Source of the DNA: Rotaria socialis
Lineage: Eukaryota
Length of the DNA: 48,153 nt
Assembly (NCBI GenBank): GCA_905331295.1
Contig: CAJNYD010000571.1
Span: 62,001 to 110,153 of the forward strand
Direction of reading: 5' to 3'
The first letter of the stretch is position 1. Each line of letters opens with the position of its first letter. Both the position numbers and the translations under genes were made by a program. Below, piece after piece: positions 24,743 to 37,065 of the stretch. The notes beneath the pieces were generated by a model that was not told where the DNA came from, searched no databases, and worked only from the letters and a program-made list of their open reading frames with translations.

Positions 24743-27700
24743 CATGAATAAGAAAAACAAACCACAAACTGAAATTCAAAGTACAAATATTCTTTCTAAA
24801 AACGAGAACATTTACGTTTAGTGCAAATTATGTTTCATTGTCGTTGTTATAGCAACAAGTGATTGCGAAATTCAAAAAACATATAAAGTGTTTTTCTGTA
24901 TCGATGATGTGTATTAAAAATATTCTTGCAATTCTCTATCTGAAAAATAGAACGATGCTATGCTCATCGAACCTAATTCTTATATTCGAAATTTGAACTT
25001 ATCGCTTATAAAGAGATCTTTTAAAAGTCGAGTTTTGCTCTGTGAATCGAGAGAAATATTTATGCTAGTGGTAAAATTAGAATTTTAGCAGCTATTCAAA
25101 ACGGAAAGTATTCTCAGTGAAAAATATTATTCATTAGGAAATAAAACTGACATTGGATATTGTCCCATGATGTTAGTGGATGCTAATCATGTGAAATTAT
25201 TGAGAAAGAATCTTCCACGATAAAACTCTCAAACATAAATTCCGAACGCCATACTTCAAAAAATATCTCGTTTAGCTCATTCGTTTCGTTGAAGTAAAAA
25301 TTCATAGGTACCTTTCGTTTGGCTGCTGATTTTTTCGTTGCGCCCATAACATAGCCAGGTGGAAAAATCATTTGTTTAAGCTCATCGACAAAGCCAGCAA
25401 TTTTTCGATTTTGATTTTCAACACTTGGAACTGTTAAATCAATGAATTCATCGGGTTCGCCTTTATTCAACGCTGTTGCCTCGATATTTCTCCATAATGT
25501 TTGTAGTGCTGGATTTTCAAATCTATCTGGACGATATTTAAATTTCAAGCCGCGTATAACACTTTTAAATAGATCGACTTCATCGGTGGCTGCACGTGAT
25601 GTATCATTCTTAGGCAAATTTCGCATGTCATCTGCATATGGTAAATAATGTACATGGAAACCATTGGACGCCATTCGATCATTTTTCACTTTTTTATTTA
25701 ATTCTTCAGCTTGTGGAATAAGCGCAACTAAATAAGAAGTAAACAAAGAATTATTAACTGTTTTATTGTTTCTATTGATTTGTTTTCTTTTTACCAAGAC
25801 GTGGTGGTGTATTTCGTCGAGCTGAAAATTGACATAGGATAAACATTTGTTTTTCCAAACACTTTTTCAGTAACCCATTGAATAAACATGAACTTCCTTC
25901 AACATATTTTTCATCGGGATATATGAAATGGCCTGGTTTAACATAATGATGTGGTTGTAAACATGAAAGACTTTTAAAACCAAGTAATTCAAAACCGGGA
26001 TCACCGAATTTTTTGATCGCCTTTATTTCATCAGTATCGAATAATATTCGACGATTTGATACATCTAAACCATATTGAATATCAGACGGCATAAGAATTT
26101 CGGCTAGAAAATAAATAAATAAATAAATAAAGTTGAAGAGACTATTCGAATTTTCATGTAGCAAAAACCTGTTTCAGGCAGATAATGTTTCGTGACAATT
26201 TTTGTTTCCAAATTGGTTTTCATATCTAATTTGATTTTCGTTGGTTTTGGACAAGGACGAACCTATTAAAATAATTCATCAAGATTTAATAACTACTTGA
26301 TGCCAAGAATTTTTTAGTTTTTTGGTTGACGAATAAAACGATAATAAGAAACTTGCCAGGATAGAAATAAACGTAGATTGTCATTCTTTGATTACTTAAG
26401 CAGCTGGACGCTTTGAATTTCCCTGCAAGCGACTAATACTTCTCATCTCATATTTTCTTCTATACGAACATCAGAGAAAAACCCGCGCTCTTAGCTACTC
26501 TAGAAACGAGAGTTTTCCATCGAGCTTATTAGAAAAAAAAAGAATAATCGTGACGCTGTAGAATTATAAGACAAGCAAAAGGAATCATACGGAGCATTTG
26601 CTTACGCTATTAAAAATTTCTCTTAGACATGCAATCGTGTCTTCGTGTAATGTGGCGGATTTTTATGATTCCTAAAAGCGGTCTTAGCGATTTAAAAGCC
26701 TATTGAAGACTGATTGTATTAATCATCTTTTTTTTTTAGAGTAAAAATAAATTAGGATGTAAATTTGTGTTGATCCTGTCAATAGAAGAAAACATCTTTA
26801 TCCCAAAACGGTCCATATATTTCTCCCACAAGAAATCAACGAATCTAAATGCTATGGGGCGTGCAAACTATCAATAGGAAATACTAATAAAAACTTCTCT
26901 GTCATCTCCGCAAAAAAAGTCAAATATTTGCCTTACGAGCTTGAGAAGAGACGATTTTTACTAACGTATTCAGTTGTGAATCCGCTTCATACTAATGATG
27001 TTAACTTTTTCATATGTTTAACTGCAGTATGTTCTACAATTTGGATAACAGCAGTCCTTCTCGATGATGGTATCACATATTGCATGTGTTGCATTAACCA
27101 TTTTTTTGCACTGAATCAAGACTATTTTCTATAACGCAAGTCAAATAGCTTTCAACTCTAAACTAAACTCTTACTATTGGCGCATTTTTTAAAGAAAACT
27201 AATGAGCAAAAAAATTACAATGTCCTGACGAATCACTGATCTTAACAAAATAATGTTTTTCAATTCGATCATGAATAAAGAATGGCTTTTTCTTAAGGAT
27301 TGAAACTAATTATTTTCTTTCTTTTATCAATGATAAACCAAAGTTTCAATTTTTTTTTCTAGTAAAAACCTAATTAAATTCTGTACCATATTGTAAACTG
27401 AAACCGAAAATTCCAATGGTGTACCGTCTGCTGCTTTGCCCAATGAAAATGGCACCGTACAATAAGCACGTTTTTTATGTTCTTTTGAATAAACAAGTTT
27501 TAACAATTCATTTAATCTTCCAGTTGGCTCCTGATTATTTCTAATATCAAGATCTTCGTCGCTTAACATAAGAACATCTTGAAAGAATTTTTTAAAATCA
27601 AATCTTATTATTGTTTGAGTTAGAATTGGAAATACTTCTAATTCTATTCCAACATCATTTAAATCTTTTGCACGTTGTTTAGCTTGCCGTTCTAATGTTA

Positions 27701-28352
27701 AATTTGACGCATGAGGTTGATCGTTACACGTGAAGATAAATATACGTTTAATAGTTAAACGTTGTGGTGAATTAGAAAACAAATTTGAACATGTCCACAA
27801 AGCTTCATTTAGCGAATAGCCTGTCGCTTGGGTTGAACCAAATAATTCATCGTATTTTGATTTATATCGACTTTGTTCTGATAGATTTTCTAATTGTATA
27901 ATACGTTCAGCAGATGGTTGCGCCAATTCGTGGAGTATATAAATATGTTTAAAATCAAATGCATTAAGACTGTTTTCCGTTCCATAGAGAATAATACCAC
28001 TGAGATCTTTATCATTGGAGATTATTTTCGATTGATAGAAACGTTGGCAAGCACGCATAACTAATTGAAAACCAGTTGTTAATTGTGCATCTTCATCATC
28101 GTCATCAATCACTGAATCTTGTTTCATTTGATTAGCTAGTGGCTCAAACATTTGAGGTGCACATTCAATCAACATCAAGGTACCATCGCGCGATGTTGTA
28201 ATCTAAATATAGAAGGAAAAAGTATTTTTCCTATTTAATCGACCATCATATGCATCAATAATATGTTTTACTTGTCGTCCTTGTTGATTATCCTCGTGTG
28301 CTTCGTCGTCAGCAGCACCGCCGGTACCCCAGTTTTGATCTAGTAAAGACAT
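22955..28352 (-). CDS. XRCC6: Ku70, NHEJ DNA end-binding subunit, multi-exon
   Basis: vWA region (RDGTLMLIEC, SKIISNDKDLSGIILYGT, ALWTCSNLF, KRIFIFTCNDQP), core (LLGFKSL, HFIYPDEKYVEGSS, RRNTPPRLVAL, GFHVHYLPYADDMR, FENPALQ) and C-terminal SAP (LTKLTIPMLKDYC..GTKKQDFIDAI). ATG 28350-28352, stop 22955-22957. Confidence 0.95.
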
Positions 28353-29187
28353 CTGAAATCAAATCACTAGGTTAATACCGATTTTTCAAATTTAATTTAA
28401 TGAAATAGAACGCACTGTGAACAAAGACACGAAAACTAAGTTATGATTGGCGATCCAAGCTAGAGATTTTTCCGAGAAAATAGAGCGAACGCCAATGACA
28501 TCTGCTGAGACAAAAGTCAGCTATAGCAATTGGAAATATGTCTGAATTTCGTCAACGGATACTGATATCGAATATGCTAACGTGTAAAATTCTAAGAAAT
28601 TCATCTATGAGTTGATATCTGACTTTCGAAATGATAGAGAATGTTTTTTTTCCTTTTGTTTGAAACACATGACCGCTACGCTTCACTTCCCATTTATTTG
28701 ATTTTAAATGATTTGACTCAACAACGTTTTAGTCCATTGTGACATGTGTTGGTTCACACGATAGAATCGCGATGACATTTGCCGTCGATTGTTATTACTT
28801 AGGATAAGTTATTTTGAACATAACAAATATGTTTTAGTCATATTATGACTAAATGTGTATGTATTCTAGTTGAAATGAAATCCAAATACCTTAATATGTT
28901 AGAAATAAATAATTTTTAAAGATTGATCACACAAGCAATTTCCTCAATCAGTAAATCAACATATTTTCGGCAGGGATCTTTTAACGTTAATCGCATGGAC
29001 AATCTTCTCTTGCAGAAGATTGTCCATTTCTTAGTGCAATTCATATTTGATAAATTTCGAAATCTATTTTATGATAAAAAATAAAATATTTTCAAAAGCG
29101 ATATATTATAATTTATATTGGGAATAGAAACAAGCACATGTTTTATTTTTGTATTTGTTTACGAATGGATTGATTGTATGAAGAACT

Positions 29188-29818
29188 TCAAGCAAGTGAT
29201 AATTGTTGTGGAGTAACAAGTGGTGTTGTATTTAAATAGTTTGTATCGATATCCCAGCTATGAGGTCGATCGACTTCAGCATAGAAATGACGTTGCGTTG
29301 ATGCGATTGTATTATGATAATCCATTATTTGTTGTTCTTGTAGCGGTGTTTCCAATGTAATTGGCCGTATAAGACGTAAATGGTTGACGATGTAATCTGG
29401 CGGAGCTTTCCAAAGAGCCAAAAGATAACATCCAATTAATACGCCAGCGCTTCCTTTACCACGAGTACATTCGACAACAATACCCTGAAGAAAAACAAAA
29501 AATTACAACTCAACGAAATAACAACTAAGAATGAACCTCTTCACGGTGCTGAGCAACATCCATTCGATGAACAAATTGTTGACATTGCTGCATTGTTGGC
29601 GCTCCACCCTCAGGAACATGATAAGTTTGAACATGTAAATCAGCTCGAGATTGATTCGGTATGTCAGAACGATAAGAATCAGTTATAGAAATAACTGTAT
29701 GAATACGTTGTTCAAGTAAATATCGAATATGTGATGCATGAAATGGGTGCGCACATATAGCTAAACGTTTATCTATTATCCATTGAAAATAGGGTGGCGT
29801 AGACGATTGAATGCTCAT
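29188..29818 (-). CDS. DUSP23-like dual-specificity phosphatase, probable pseudophosphatase (192 aa)
   Basis: Exons 29818-29537 and 29484-29188. Motifs: PPYFQWII..LA, GIVVECTRGKGSAGVLIGCYL, LRLIRPITLETPLQEQ (cf. DUSP23 VHCALGFGRTGTMLACYL, RPGSIET..QE). Confidence 0.75.
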
Positions 29819-30500
29819 GTTGATCGTATGTTTTCGAATAAAATTTATTATTGACAACAATATGATCGTATGAAAAATTCTTCGTTCTTTATCGATTGTC
29901 GTTGTTAAGCTACAGCCTCCTCAGAAATCAAATGTAAAAGATTTTTTTTCTAGATTGGCCTAAAAATGAATAGTAAAAAAAGCTTAATAACGATAGGTTC
30001 ATGTGGTTATTATTTTTAAATTTAGTAGTTCTAAACAAAGAACGATGTTTTCTTTAAAGTTTCTGAATAGTTGAGACAGTGAAGATCGAAAATGTGTGAG
30101 AAAAATATTTTCTCTCTTACAACACATCGTAAAATCAGGAGCGCATGGTCTTGATTTCAAGGTTTTGTTTTGTATTGTGCATCACTATTTAGTATTAAAT
30201 CCTAAAACTATATCTAGCAGGTGCTTATCATTGCTGAAGAATGTTTTCCAGGTTGAGTCTAGTCGATTTACTCCGAGGGATCATCCTCTAAAAGTTACAC
30301 ACAATTATAACTTGCCTGTCGTCCGTATTGTCTCAGGAAATGTATTGACGTTGGTTGGTGGCAGAATATCAATAGCCGATAAAAATATATATGAAATCTT
30401 CACGAGAGTCTATCGAACGTTGATAGGCTTCTAACAGGATGATTTATTTTAAAGTTCAATATTAGTATAAATAGAAAAACGTAAACATATTTAAAAAGAT

Positions 30501-31481
30501 TTATGCAAGTACGTTTTGTCGGAACATTATTTTTGGTGCTGTATTTGGTACTTCCGGCAGCTGATTGATCATTTGTATAGCTGCGTCTGCTGGTGTTTCG
30601 ATTCGAACATTTCGAGCTCGAATTTCGGTTGTAATAGAGTTTGTAAATGAATTAACGAATTCTTTTACATTTCCTCCTTTGAAATGATTATATTTGTATT
30701 CGATGAATTGACATATTCTTCTCGTTTTTTTTCTATTTTTATCTCCTAATTGAATAAAATGGCCAGTTATGTGAAGTTTTTTTGTACGCCATACTACTTC
30801 TGTAGCACGTTTTGATTCCGGTTGGCCAAAATTATTACCACCATCAGTAATAACAATAAGATATGGTGCTGATATTTGATTGCCAAGTATTTTTTGTGTT
30901 TTATCAAGTTTATCTAGACAGAAATCAATCGAATCGAATAGCGCTGTATCTTTTCCTTCGAATTTTAAATCTTCCAATAGTTGTAAATGAGTCTCATCGA
31001 TTGTTTCGAAATCAAATTTCATTGTTGTAGATGTATCAAAAGTATATAAAGAAATTTTATCAGTCATTGAATTCATTCTGAAGAAAAGGAAAATTTCGAT
31101 TTTTCAATAAAACAAAATCTTTCATGTTTACTTTAGCTTGAAAAAGTCGTTTAAAAATTGTGTAGCATACGTAAACCGACTTGCACCTAGAGCAAAAGGA
31201 AGTAAACTGTCGGAATACCACATCGAACTGCTAGTATCAAGTAGAATAAGATAATAAGTTAGAGGTAGCTCTAATGATAATCGATATTCGTCGACAATTT
31301 TCAACAGCGCATAGTTCACTGTTAAGTTCTCTTCGTTAATAATTTGGCCGCATTCTTTTCTTGGACATTGTTTCCCAATACATTCACGGTCAAAAGAAAA
31401 TCCACAAGTTCTATGAACAACAGGATTTTTGTACAATTGCTTACAAACTTGACATGTAAAACGGTCTACGCTCGCCGCCAT
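30501..31481 (-). CDS. RING/U-box + vWA domain protein A (308 aa)
   Basis: Exons 31481-31132 and 31077-30501. CQVC..NPVVHRTCGFSFDRECI..CPRKEC RING/U-box. vWA MIDAS elements: LLDTSSSM, DTALFDSI, LIVITDG. Confidence 0.8.
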
Positions 31482-31629
31482 TGCGATAAAATTTAAAATG
31501 ATAATGTCTTACCTATTTGATACTCTTTTGTTTTTGTCGTTCTTGTGTAAGATTAAACGTGTTTTTTCCAACACTATCATCATTTTAAAATCTCCTATTT
31601 CTTTTTGCCGTTATCATTATAGTTGAAAG
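31482..31629. promoter_or_regulatory. Putative bidirectional promoter of the RING-vWA pair
   Basis: Only 148 bp separate the two divergent ATGs. Confidence 0.5.
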
Positions 31630-32374
31630 ATGGCTTTTTCCGAGAATATCGTCGATTTTAAATGTCCTATTTGTCTTCGCCGTTTTCATGATCCTATTAT
31701 TCTTAATTGTGGACACACATTTGATCGATTATGCATACAACAATCGTCACGTTCAATACGTTCGAATCTATGTCCTCTATGTAACTCTAAATTTGATCCA
31801 GCAAGTGCTTTGATATCGGACAGGTCTTTAACTAACCTTATTCAGTATGTGCCAGCATTTGAATATTTTTTAATTGATATAAAATCTCAGCAACAAAAAA
31901 ACGACGCTTTTTCATTTCTTAAACGTGTTTTCGATACAAGGTAAATGGAAAAATAATCTATTGGGAGGAAAAAACAACGATCTGTCTGTTGATTTTAGAG
32001 ATGTATTTGAAACTGATTACATTGTTTTTCAAAGTCAAGATACAACAATTGAATTGAATCCTAACACAAAGTTTGATCAAGAGTGGAATCTAAAATCTGT
32101 ATCAAATTTAAATAGTATGATACAAAAAGCATGTGTTGATTTACAACAACGAAATGGTCTTCGAAAAATTTGTATTCTTACCGATGGATTAACAAAACAT
32201 ATGGATTTAACAAAAATTGATTCGAATATAATTAATCAACGGGTTATTGTTCATATCGGAGAGAAGAATGCTTTACGCACACGACAAATTGCTGATGAAA
32301 TCGATTTTCATTTTGAACATTTTAATGAGAAAACACTCGATAGTTATGTAAAACATTTTATAAAGAATTTTTAA
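31630..32374 (+). CDS. RING + degenerate vWA domain protein B (228 aa), paralog of A
   Basis: Exons 31630-31940 and 31999-32374. CPIC..DPIILNCGHTFDRLCI..CPLC RING. vWA-like FLIDIKSQ, ICILTDG, VHIGEKNALRTRQIA. Confidence 0.8.
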
Positions 32375-32797
32375 ACTTTTTCTCCATTAAAACAGCCTAA
32401 TTAATAGATTTTTGAATTTTTTAAAGATATTAGAAAAGTGAGTATAGGTCCTATATTGACTACAATGAATGTTCGCACCGATCACTCTTATTCTTGGAAA
32501 CTCTATTTATGAATAGCAGAGTACCTAATTCGAATTATTGAAATAAATACAAACATATAGGAGTTGGTTGAAGATAAAAGAGACTAAAATGTATTATCAC
32601 TATCGTCGTTTCATCATATAAAACTATATTTCAAAATAAACAACATCTATTAATCGATTAAATAGCCTCCTGTACTTCAAATGCATGTATTGGCTATTCA
32701 TGCCGACATTATATTGCGCATGTTTTTAGAACTAGATGAGTTTTTGCAAAATTATGAATGCGGCTAATGCGTACTTTCAACCTCCCTTTGCATATAT

Positions 32798-32952
32798 GTC
32801 AAACTTGAATTCAATTGAAAATGGAAATTTTCAATTTTCAACTTTTAAACCAATAGCATTCTGAATAATCGTGACTCATACATATATCTCGTTATGAGAT
32901 GAAAGTTGAAATTTTCTATTTACTTCAACTGAATTCAAGTTTCAAATTTGAC
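32798..32952. repeat. Short inverted-repeat (MITE-like) element
   Basis: aaacttgaattcaattgaaaatggaaattttcaattttca vs tgaaagttgaaattttctatttacttcaactgaattcaagttt. Confidence 0.5.
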
Positions 32953-34930
32953 GCTACTGTCCCTACGCGGAATAAAGTTGCTTCTGCAATCCGAAATATC
33001 GTGTCGACACGCCCCAAATCGAATCAGTGCCCGTCGGACACGCTCAGAGTTCAGTGGGACCCTGTCAAAGTCATATATAAATATTAGACTTTGTTTTACT
33101 CGGTATTCTCCTCATAATTGCTTTGCCTCTCCTTTCCTCGCCACTTCCATCCACGCATGCACGAAAGAACAAATTAACAGTGTAAATCTAGTTCATTCAA
33201 ATTACTACATTCATCTAATCAAATCAATAATAATTTTCAACAAGGAAACGATCCAATAAAATAAGATAGAACGTGTGTTTATATCAGCACGCACTGTTCA
33301 ATTGATATTAGGCCATAATAGGCTCTAAAACAAAATAAGATGACATGAAATGAAAAGTCTATACTCGGTCTATGGTTAAAATATGTATGCACAAGTTTGA
33401 CTTCTACAGAGCCCATTTCATAGGAGATTTATCCCTTTCCAAATCGTAATTTTGTGAAGGAACTACTAACCATTTGAAGAATTGAAATTTTTACATTAGC
33501 GAGAAATCAATTAGACCTCTCTATACTAAAAAGAAAAGAATCACGTTTTTGTATATCTGATGATTTTGCTTGATTATATGCGATCGTGGTTTACATGTAA
33601 TGGTTCGTATCTGGAACTCGACAATATTAAGATACGACGAGAACTATTGGTTTCTCAGGATCTCTTACTGGCTCTATAGGGAAAATATTTCATTAGATGG
33701 CGGTATATATCATGAATTTCCTCGTATTTTTGAACGCCTTCTCTGTAAATGTAAACACACTAGTACGAGTGCCATGAAGAGATAGTGTTCAAGAAGATCT
33801 CTATCACGCATCAAATTCGCACAATTAAAAAAGAAGAAATATGCGTAAATAAAATCTTAAAATATAGACCGATGCAAGAAAGAGCCAGATTCTTTGTTCT
33901 TATCTGTATTGTTCCTGAGGAATCTATAATAGGAAACAAAAGAGGAGCAAGTGGAAGTATCTTTGCTCTGGCTATACTCCCTCTATTAGGGTGTTTATTG
34001 TTGTTTTGGGTGGCCTCTTGCGGACCAAGCTACTCTCGAAAATATCTGTTGGTTTAAAGGCAAAAGAACTAGAATAGAGCTAATTAGTTTCCTCAAAAAT
34101 GTCCTGCCAAACATACTCTAAAATGACGTCATCAGAATTTGTCACATTTTCTATAATCTTATAGAGTCAATCGCTTTAAGAATTGTAGTCCAAACAAATA
34201 TATTGTTTCTTTGCTGGAAAATTGCACTTTTTCTAAGACCACTTTCCTTTAGAAAAAACATATTTTTGCAACGTTTACAACTTATCAAGGAGACATGAAT
34301 CGAAATCTTTTACGGCACATGTATCTTAAGCACATGAAAAAAAGGAATACCACAAACTTCGCATTTTGATCGTATAAACATCGAACGAAGTTTTCTATTG
34401 ATAACACTAAAATAATTCGTTCTTACTATTATTGTTTCTCGTATCAGTGATAACTGACCTACATTCAGCCGAAAATAAGAAATCATAAATCTTTTTTATC
34501 GAATAACCTTTATACAGTTCGATATTCGTACCAATCCAATGGAAAAAAAAGCAATCAGTAAAAATCAACGATCTGTAAAATCTGCGCCATATTGTTTTAT
34601 GACTGATAAATAAGTCGTAAACCAACATTATATAATTGTTTCATTCAAGCATAGATAACAACAATTAATTTTCATCGTTGAATAATTCCCAAACAATCAT
34701 ATATTGTTACTTTACTGTTGACATCGAATGGAAAAGAACACAAAATATGGTCAATGATCAAGCAAAAAGACATAAATCATACAGGAAATATATACAAAAA
34801 CAATGAGGAAAAGCATAGAATAGGATAGAAAAGCGAATACTAAAACAGAAAAAAAGAACGAAGACCAATCTGTATATCGTTGCATATATCTAACTGTTGC
34901 ACACATTAATTAAAACACATATATGTATAT

Positions 34931-35786
34931 TCATGATAAAGATGATTCACTCCCATTTAATAGGTTTTGTTTTGTTAACAAAGATTTTAATACTTCATTT
35001 TCTTGTTCGACTGCACGAATCTTAAAATAGAAAATTACAATTATATTATTATCGTTTTATTTTCGCCAACAAACCCGCTCTCTTAGTAAATCATTTTCAT
35101 GAAGAATTATTCCCGCATCAACTGTTTGTTTGACCAACGCAAGATTCTGTGTACGAAGTTCATGTAAGTGCGCAATTGTTTTTTCTAATACAACTGTTTT
35201 ACTCTAAATACAAAATACTTTCTTTTTAATTCATAGAGAAAGTGACGACAAAATTACTTGATTCTTGACATAATTACTACAATCGGGTATTAGCTTTGAT
35301 AGTTGTTGTATGTGTTGATTGATACGATCACGACGTCGTCGTTCAACAGCATTATGTGTTGCACGTCGTTTTGCTTGTGTTATCTGTGGTACAACATCTT
35401 CATTATCTGTAGGGCTTGTTTTTATATGGCAATTAAATTCAATTGAATTATTATTATCACTTGTTGATGATATTTTTTGTTTATTCACTAATGTTGCTGC
35501 TGCTTGTAAATCAGCTAAGAATTGCTGAAAGAAAATTTTTTGGTTTTTCGAGTTTAGTTAAACGAAGCAATTTTTTTGTTTTTCATTCTTACTTGTTGAT
35601 CTGTTGAAGATGGAAGTAAACTTTGAGCTAAAGCTGTTAACATAGAATTGACAACTAGCGACGGATTTTGTAATGTTGTAGGTACGTTTTTTGAAGTCTA
35701 AATTAAAGAAAGAAATCGATTGTTTGAGACTAAATTCGTTTTCTAATTCATACATTCTGTTCATGTGATTGATCGTCGTCGTTCAT
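34931..35786 (-). CDS. USF-like bHLH-leucine zipper transcription factor, multi-exon
   Basis: KRRATHNAVERRRRDRINQHIQQLSKLIPDC...SKTVVLEKTIAHLHELR is a USF-type basic-HLH, followed by a zipper (ENDLLRE..EQENEVLKSLL). ATG ~35786, stop 34931-34933. Confidence 0.8.
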
Positions 35787-35848
35787 TTATAGTTTATATA
35801 ATATTATTATCTAAGTCTATCTAGGCGGATTAATCTATTAATTTAACA

Positions 35849-35854
35849 CACGTG
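35849..35854. promoter_or_regulatory. CACGTG E-box upstream of the USF-like gene
   Basis: CACGTG lies ~63 bp upstream of the putative ATG and reads TCACGTG on the gene strand. Confidence 0.3.
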
Positions 35855-37065
35855 AGTGTCAGACTAGCAATAGCAAGTAATAAGAGCATGTTTTCTATTG
35901 GTCATATGTCAAAAAACGATGTAACAAGTCGCGTTAAATGTTTTTCTTTCTTTTTTTTCTGCAGCTATTGTAGATGTCGGGAGTGAATTATTTGCTGTTT
36001 TTGAAGAAAATTCACCTTAATGTGATGATTATTGTAGATTTTTATAAAGTTCTTCATGAATAAAGATATATATATAACATAACATGAACAACAAAAAACA
36101 AGGCTGTAACATTATCATCCGATATATTAATATCATAGTGGGGTAACTTGTTCGGTCGAATGAAAACTAGAATCTTATTCTGCATCTATTTGCTTACAAA
36201 TAATATTCAAGTAATCTGAGATGAAGTTATAATAGAAACATTTTCATGATTTTATAGTACTACTATTCAGACCGGTACTTGTAATTCATCATTCAGAATC
36301 TAGCATAATTTATGGCACTATAGCACTCGATTTTCACCGTTGAGTCTTTTTTATTTCCATCGTTTCTGACTTTTTTGAAAGAATAAAAAACAACATGTGT
36401 TAAATTCATCGTCCAAGCGAAATTCAATTTAATATTTAAAAATACAATATTGAATTTAGTTAAGTTTTTTTTAATTTTTTTCTACAAAATATTCATTTTA
36501 AATAAGAAAAAAGAACCGGGAAATCACATATCCGCGACGAGAGAGCCTAAATTGCTTCTTGATGAATTCCATCGATCAATCATTAACATCATTTTGTACC
36601 TAGATTCTCATTAATAATCTCTTCAGTATGTTTCGTAGTTTTTTAATATTTTGTTGGTGATTCACCAAAACTTAAAATTTATCCGATAAGCTGTAATAGT
36701 AACCGAAGTATTAGTTATACAACCTATCACAACTGCGGCATGTTTTCTTTACAATTTATAGAAATTCGAAATTAAGATATGATTCTAAAAGCAGACAAAG
36801 GCTTGCCTCACTCTCTAATAGATGAATGAAACATTTTATTGGTACTGTAACAAAAAATGATCAGCTTTTTCAAGAGTTCGCTTTTAATTGAATGTAAGAC
36901 GACATACACCTCCTTAAAAGCTTTCACTTTTCCCATCATCTCAATTCTCTCAATGGCGACAAAATCATAGAATCATTTTAAATTTCCATAATTGGTTCTA
37001 TCGTATTAATATTAAAACGTTCAGTAATAACATTAGCCGCTGATGAAACATTGATACGTGCATAT

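Noticed and set aside
27327..32374. Functional link between Ku70 (vWA) and neighbouring RING-vWA genes
   Set aside because: There is no visible sequence similarity beyond the fold, and eukaryotic adjacency alone does not imply shared function.
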